Assembly: GCA_002269645.1 (NCBI GenBank)
Contig: NIVC01000355.1
Coordinates: 62,001-126,000 of the forward strand
From: Macrostomum lignano
Lineage: Eukaryota
Reading direction: 5' to 3'
Length of the DNA: 64,000 bases
In this document: positions 58,101-64,000 of the stretch, one piece after another
Position numbering within the stretch: the stretch's first letter is position 1
Layout of the letters: every line of letters starts with the position of its first letter
Program-made: the position numbers and the translations under genes
The notes under the pieces: model-generated
What the model was told of the DNA's origin: nothing
Databases searched by the model: none
What the model saw: only the letters and a program-made list of their open reading frames with translations

Positions 58101-58409
58101 ACCGTCGGATTCAACGCTGAACATCAACAGATTATCCCTGCCGCCTTCGTAAGCCAACGGTTGGCGCAGATTTCTGACCGGAAAATCCTCCATCACCTGG
58201 CCGCTAGCCGGATCGATCACGCGCAGGCCGCCGCCGTTGCCTAGCAACCGAATCCGGCACTGAGTGCCGCTACTCAACTCCATCTGGCGTAGGCGTTGAA
58301 GCCCTTCGTCCGGGCTCAACTGGCCAGAACCGGAGGTTAAGCTGGCCAGATGGCGCACCTGGATGTCGCGAATAACTGGCGATGACTGCGGCTGACGAAA
58401 TGCCGCCAT
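55117..58409 (-). CDS. EPS8: Gene E: EPS8-family adaptor (PTB, EGFR-binding-like helical region, SH3), ~509 aa
   Basis: Exons 58409-57933, 57622-57347, 56182-55859, 55569-55117, all phase 0. PTB-like VRHLAS...EMHIFQ; EPS8-specific LNRCLEEVEAF, FVDILKKLKLALNLL...IHQPNAPELVHCLFVPL, VLSPLLT...CLTSKECELWYSLGNAW, YRPRF..GWQP; SH3 VLHDKAGRNAKELTVQRGELLEVLDDSRNWWQLRNYIGEVGHVPYTIL. The start codon is uncertain; upstream exons are possible. Confidence 0.9.
55660..57910. repeat. Arrays in EPS8-like introns: CGGACATGAGACA-type (55660-55845), 20-bp GAGACAAGACCAGACAGGAT (56290-57310), ATAACCTACCCAGACTACC (57690-57910)
   Basis: Direct reading. Confidence 0.9.
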
Positions 58410-58579
58410 GCTGGCTTCAACTGCGGTCTGGTTCTGCTGACTCAGAATCCGATTTTTATTCTTCCACTGATATTTGGAACACCAATCAGACTGGCTGGAA
58501 ATGAAAAACAATTTTTATACGGCTATTCATAACTCCAGTAGCTGCTTATAAGCTAATTTTTGTGACTATTACAAAGATT

Positions 58580-58988
58580 CTCAATGTGTGACTTGTGGCC
58601 GATTCTCAATGTGTGACTTAAGGCCGATTGTCAAGGTGTGACCCAAAGCCGATTCTAAAGGTGTGACATAGGGCCAATTCTCAGTGTGACATAGGCCCAA
58701 TTCTCAAGGTGTGACACTAATAAAAAAATCATTTCGATCGGTCTTATTGAATTCCAAGCCTATTTATTCAAAGGTGCAAGACAATTCTTACAAGTTGTCA
58801 ATCAGTCGTGCAGGCACAGACGGACACTGACTAACCAAGGCAGATTTAAGGTCAGCTTGTACGATTGAAACGATAGTCACCGCAACAATACGCAGAGGTG
58901 AAACAAAAAAACTACTAAACAAAACCTGCGATTATAGCCACTGTTCCACACTCGAAAGGGTCTTCTTTTCAGTGTCTTTTCGACAAAT

Positions 58989-59022
<34 letters not shown>

Positions 59023-59911
59023 CGCTCGCGAACTTGACCGCGCCCAGAGAAAAGCACAAACTTCCACCCCAAACCCAAAAGCCTTTACTATAGTTGACAA
59101 CCATCCCACACGCACGCAAGCTAAAAACCTGCAAGTTTTTTAAATAATATTTCGCATACGCGCATTCCTTTCCATCTGAGGCTAACACGGCAATAATAAC
59201 TAACTATATACAGATGAGAGCGCTGAGCTTCAGCACACACTGAAGGCACGCGTGCACAATTTAAAAACACACACACAGTCTCTCTCTCACACACACTGCC
59301 ATTTACTGTAGCTGGGCGCTGGCTGAAGTTGGCGAGATGGAGATTCGAAAACACAAAAGCTGAAACTACATTAGAAAGGCTCTTTGAGACAAAAGCACTT
59401 ATTTATATATAATAGCTACTAAAAGCGCTATTGCTCCGCTAACGGCTAGGCCGACTCAACTCAAAGGCTGCGCACGCGCTGGGCGACTGGACAAACAAAG
59501 AAAAACTAGAAGGATGGCAAACTTTCTGAGAACTTTAATTTGCGTAGCGAGGCTGGGGGGGGGGATAACGAAACGTTAGCGAACGGTAAGAAAGAAGACA
59601 GAGATCGAGGGGTGAATGGAGATGGAGAGGGAGAGAAACGGAGAGGGACAGATGCACACAGAAAGGGGGGGGGGGAATGCGGGAGACAGAGAGGGAGAAA
59701 TGAGGTGCACAGAGGGGGAGACGGAGAGAGAGGGAGACAAGGGGCAGGGGGAGACAGAGTGAAGGAGAGGAGAGAGGGAGACAGAGTGAAGGAGAGGAGA
59801 GATGGAGACAAGGGGCAGAGGGGGAGACAGAGAGAATGAGAGGAGAGAGGGAGACAGAGTGAAGGAGAGAAGAGATGGAGACAAGGGGCAGAGGGGGAGA
59901 CAGAGAGAATG

Positions 59912-59968
<57 letters not shown>

Positions 59969-62500
59969 AATGAGAAGAGAGGGAGACATAGGGGGAGACA
60001 AGGGGCAGAGAGGGAGACAAAGGGGGAGACAGAGGGAGAGACAGAGGGAGAGAGGGAGACAGAGGGAGAGAGGGAGACAGAGAGAATGAGAGGAGAGAGG
60101 GAGACAGAGAGAGATAGAGGGCTCAGAAAAGTGAACAAAGGGAGAGAATAGGGATGGCAGCGGAATCATGAGAGAGGCAGACAGTGAGGGTACATCCGGT
60201 ACATGCAGAGGAACTTAATAGAAACCACACAAGTCACAATGTCTAGAGTCTAAAACACATCTGATAAAGTCTACATAATAGTTAAACAAATAAACAAAGT
60301 CTGCAAGCACGTTGCCACAAAAAACGCAAGGTAACAAATTATTAGTACATTATAACCTTCTAATTGTGTAAATAACAAATTATTAGGGCAAGGGAGACAG
60401 AGGATAAAAATCAGCAAAGCTCAGGGAGGCGACAAATTTCACATTGGGTTGTACAAAATGTTAACGCAAGTGGCAGAGGTACTTCTAAATTATATATTAT
60501 AATGAGATGATAGCACGGCTAGATTTGCGGTGCTATAAAAGTCGCAATATTAACACAAATTTTCTAACTAGTAAATTAGGACTAGGATGTAAGCAAAACA
60601 GGAAAAAAATTCTAGTAAGACTCCAGATGAATGTGCACTGCCACAAATCGTTCTTGAGCATACGGTGTTCAAGTTTAGGGTTTGTGAAGTTTAGGGATTG
60701 TGAAGTTTAGGGATTGTGAAGTTTAGGGATCGTGAAGTTTAGGGATTTTGTAGTTTAGGGTTTGGGAAGTTTAGGGATTGTCACATTTAACAATTCCTCA
60801 TCAAAATCACATTGCAAATTGTACAATCAACAGTTTTCGGTAAACAAGACACTCCTACTTACAATAGTATAAATAAGCGACTAACACAGAAAATACTAGC
60901 TAAATATAATATGTATATACAACAGTAATACTGAGAAGGTACAAAAATTGCCAATTAAAAAGCACACAGAACGGCTTACCTACCTAAGATAGGAAAAGCA
61001 ACAATATAGAAATTCTGAAACAAATAAAATTAAAAAAAATTGTAATAAAAAAATCTCGCTTCTTTAAACTACTGAGCTAGCAATGGTTAGTAGTAAAAAA
61101 AGCAGCGAATGAGTATTATTATTAGAACAGGGCGGGTTATATTATAGAAAAATAATATTGCAACCGCGTTTAATAGACATAATCAAAAAACTAAATCAAA
61201 ATAGAATGACAGACACACAGATCTGCTTGTAGAGATTGTCGGCATAGAAAAAATTAAAAGCAACAAAATAAAACCGAAGCAAACAATATTGCAAGTCCCG
61301 CTAGGAAAACAATTGCAGCGACGACACGGTGACAACAAGTGACGACAGGCTAGAGACGACAGCCTTGTCGGTTTACTATCGATTTACTAAAATAAGTATG
61401 ATTTGTTCAAGTCAGTAGTATCGTGCAAGTGCGCGCTTCCAAATCCGCTTTGCTGCCTGCTTTCTATCGGCCTCTTGGTCGACTGCCATGGCGACGACAG
61501 AGTGACTTGTTGTCAACTTGTCGTCATTAGCCTGTCGTCGCTGCAATTTTTTTCCCAGCGGGAGTTGTAGCACACAAGCAAACTAGATTGGTTTGAAATA
61601 AACGGCTAATTATACTACTTGTAACGCTCTTCAAAAGAGTAGTATAAAATGGGCATATATATATTGTATCGGATAGAAGAATCCTATTGAAATCAAAGCA
61701 CTGAGCAGGGCAAAACGCGCCATTGAATCTCGGGCTCCTCCAGACTGCAGCAGCTGTCGCCGATGTGACCAACCGCCAAATCGTCGCTGCGATTGCCGCC
61801 GCCGACCCCGCCGAGACCGGCGACGCTGCCAAAATCAACTGGACCAGAGCATTCGAATCGATAGCGGCCGCCAATACGCCAGATGTGATAGGCGAACAGG
61901 GCCGTCACTGTGTACACTGATAGGCTGAGAAATGAAATCACCTGGTTGGAAATCATTGGCTGGGCACATGTAGGACGCATTGTGCAGCCACGGTTTTAAA
62001 GATTTTTAAGAAGAAGCTGATGTTAAAAGCAAAATAAGCATCAGTCCTGAAAGCCTGATATCTAGACTGAGATGTCAGCATCCACTTTGAGCTTTGTCAT
62101 CAAGGCCTCCTCAACTTGAACCTTCGCATCTGAGCAACTCTCAAGTATTGGCATCTCCTCTCAGCAACTCCTCCTGTGAACATTGGCATCTCAGCAACCC
62201 CCCTGTAGACATTGGCATCTCAGCAACTCCCCATTGAGCCATGGCATCTCAGCAACTCCACCCTATGGACATTGGCATCTCAGCAACTCCACCCTATGGA
62301 CATTGGCATCTCAGCAACTCCACCCTATGGACATTGGCATCTCAGCAACGCCTCCCTATGGAAATTGGCATCTCAGCAACGCCTCCCTATGGACATTGGC
62401 ATCTCAGCAACGCCTCCCTATGGACATTGGCATCTCAGCAACGCCTCCCTATGGATATTGGCATCTCAGCAACGCCTCCCTATGGACATTGGCATCTCAG
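58580..62500. repeat. Smaller arrays: 25-bp GATTCTCAA(T/G)GTGTGAC... (58580-58720), GA-rich (59580-60120), 16-bp GTGAAGTTTAGGGATT (60665-60785), ~31-bp CATTGGCATCTCAGCAACTCCACCCTATGGA (62165-62500)
   Basis: Direct reading. Confidence 0.85.
61315..61544. mobile_element. 230-bp MITE-like element with AATT flanks and subterminal GAC(G/A)ACA repeats
   Basis: GCAGCGACGACA...TGTCGTCGCTGC perfect 12-bp TIR; AATT at 61311-61314 and 61545-61548; several GACGACA/GACAACA copies at both ends. Confidence 0.6.
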
Positions 62501-62619
62501 CAATTCCAGAAACTCACAGCAACTGGCAGGGCTCGATAGCCCGGAATGCCAGAGTTGCACGAGGCAACAACAGACGTAATCAGCAGCATCAGCGACAGAA
62601 CCGCGTAGGATATCATTTC
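61693..62619 (-). CDS. Gene F: last two exons of a small multi-pass membrane protein, possibly MARVEL-like; 5' exons not resolved
   Basis: Exon 62619-62518 (EMISYAVLSLMLLITSVVASCNSGIPGYRALPVA) is phase 0 with donor GTGAGT. It joins exon 61941-61693 (VISFLSLSVYTVTALFAYHIWR...PCSVL*). Two hydrophobic helices are separated by a short loop. Confidence 0.55.
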
Positions 62620-63029
62620 CTGGAAAATTTGTACGGAAAAGTTTCCACTTACAACAAGTCAAGATTTCTTTCTCCTAAGAGCTACAATTTACTGCTGCCT
62701 TAGCTAGGAGAAAATCTGGCTTCTTGGCTACTTCCCATGTTGCTATTTTTAGAAACATTGCCAAGTCAAGAATAATCCAGCAACACCCGATCCGTTTGTC
62801 TCGATTATTTGAATAGCACAAGTGGTGCCAGCAGCAGCAGTGTTGAGCATAGCATTTCTTTCGCTATAAATAACTTCAACTGTTGCCCGAACAGCATAGC
62901 GCGCGCAAAATAAGAAAAGTTCACGACGGCCAGATTATCCGAAATTCTGCTTTTTTCTTTACATACAGCAAATTTAATAGTCGTCTGCCTCTGGCTGTCT
63001 ATGTATCTGTCTACTTACGAGTATCTAAG

Positions 63030-63470
63030 GGAACCGTAGCCCAGTGGCCTGGCGCGGCGCTCTGATGTGCCAGCGGCCCAGGTTCGATTCCAAGTGCAGT
63101 CACATATATTTTGGGATAAATTGGAATCTCGGCTTGGCTCTGCTCGTGCAATTAACGGCCTTGAGGGCCAAACCCTAAGGCACAGTGAAGTGTACATGCC
63201 TAACGATAAATAAAGTTAGGGCCGCTGTACACTCCTGTGTGAGCGTGTGCCTGCGTACGTATCCGCACGCTTGTGTGCCTGCTCAGGGGAGCCTGCGGAA
63301 TGGGCAGGCAATGCCCCTCGCCCGGTTGTGACAATGTCGCTTAAAGTGCGCCCAGGTGCACACAGCCCTCTGAATCTAATAAGAAATGTATTTATCTATC
63401 TATCTATCTATCTGTCTGTCCGTTTGTCTATCTATCTAGATCTACCTATCTTATATACCTATTTATCTAT
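63030..63470 (+). mobile_element. tRNA-derived SINE-like element with (TATC/TGTC)n tail
   Basis: Pol III A box TAGCCCAGTGG (63037-63047) and B box GGTTCGATTCC (63081-63091) at tRNA spacing. The acceptor stem does not close. Then ~300 nt of body with hairpins and a TATC-rich tail from ~63393. Confidence 0.6.
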
Positions 63471-64000
63471 CACTATTAACGACGACTCACTATCGCAGGG
63501 TCGAGTCGCCTTAATGACAGTGCTCACTTAACAGCAGCCGTCTTGACACCATCTGAACAAGAATCTATTCTGCAAAACTAAGCCGCTTGTGCCAAGGAAT
63601 TTGAAGCAGGCCCGGATTATTCTCAAGCACCCTCAGCTATTCGCAGTAATGAGGATCGCAAAACTTCATTGAGCAGACTCTGGTCCAAATAATTCCCATG
63701 CCATCTACCACTATCGAGGTCTTTAGGTCCTTTCTGCCAGGTCAACAATGGTCAACAATCGCGATCGGTTGGCAACAATTAAGAGTCTGACTCGTCCAGG
63801 AATGCAAGACTTACACAAGAAATCCGATTTCGAAATTAAGAACAGAAAATCTAATCAAGAGTTCACGTGAACAGGCCGAACTTCCTACTGAAATAGTCAA
63901 TCGTATGCCAAGACAGTTTGAAGGTGTGATCGACAAACAGCTCACAACGATTCTTAACCATTTCCACAAAGTCTCTCCAAAAGCCAAAGTTTACACACTG

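Noticed and set aside
63030-63102. Functional tRNA gene
   Set aside because: Acceptor and T stems do not pair and the anticodon loop is irregular; better read as a SINE head or pseudogene.
63790-64000. Open plus-strand frame running off the window end (…EQAELPTEIVNRMPRQFEGVIDKQL…)
   Set aside because: About 70 codons with no recognisable motif, start or splice context; cannot be supported from this window.

Overview
Eukaryotic (animal) genomic window. About 45% of it (hand estimate) is tandem repeat, mostly inside introns. The GC-rich Ala/Gln-rich exons and minisatellite-filled introns suggest a flatworm such as Macrostomum, but this is inference only. Six intron-containing genes can be assembled by hand, all on the minus strand, with GT-AG boundaries and consistent phases: (A) a 9-exon ~947-aa orphan protein (9279-653); (B) an 8-exon secreted protein with signal peptide, Ig-like domains, a SUEL-type lectin-like domain and an ALK/LTK-type glycine-rich domain, with no TM or kinase (31129-11046); (C) a PDZ-DH-PH RhoGEF-like gene (47220-36289); (D) an AK1-like adenylate kinase (51126-48928); (E) an EPS8-like PTB-SH3 adaptor (58409-55117); (F) the 3' part of a small membrane protein, possibly MARVEL-like (62619-61693). 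Intron 1 of gene B is ~14.2 kb. It holds an ~8 kb minisatellite with nested higher-order repeats, interrupted by a 6.0-kb near-intact LOA-like non-LTR retrotransposon (ORF1 + APE-RT-RNase H). The element has a 7-bp target-site duplication and a 3' tail microhomologous to the minisatellite. Also present: three MITE-like elements, a tRNA-derived SINE, a cluster of AP-1 sites and about 40 distinct minisatellites. The most notable items are the LINE-in-minisatellite insertion, the domain architecture of gene B, and the pattern that 23 of 27 modelled introns carry their own minisatellite.
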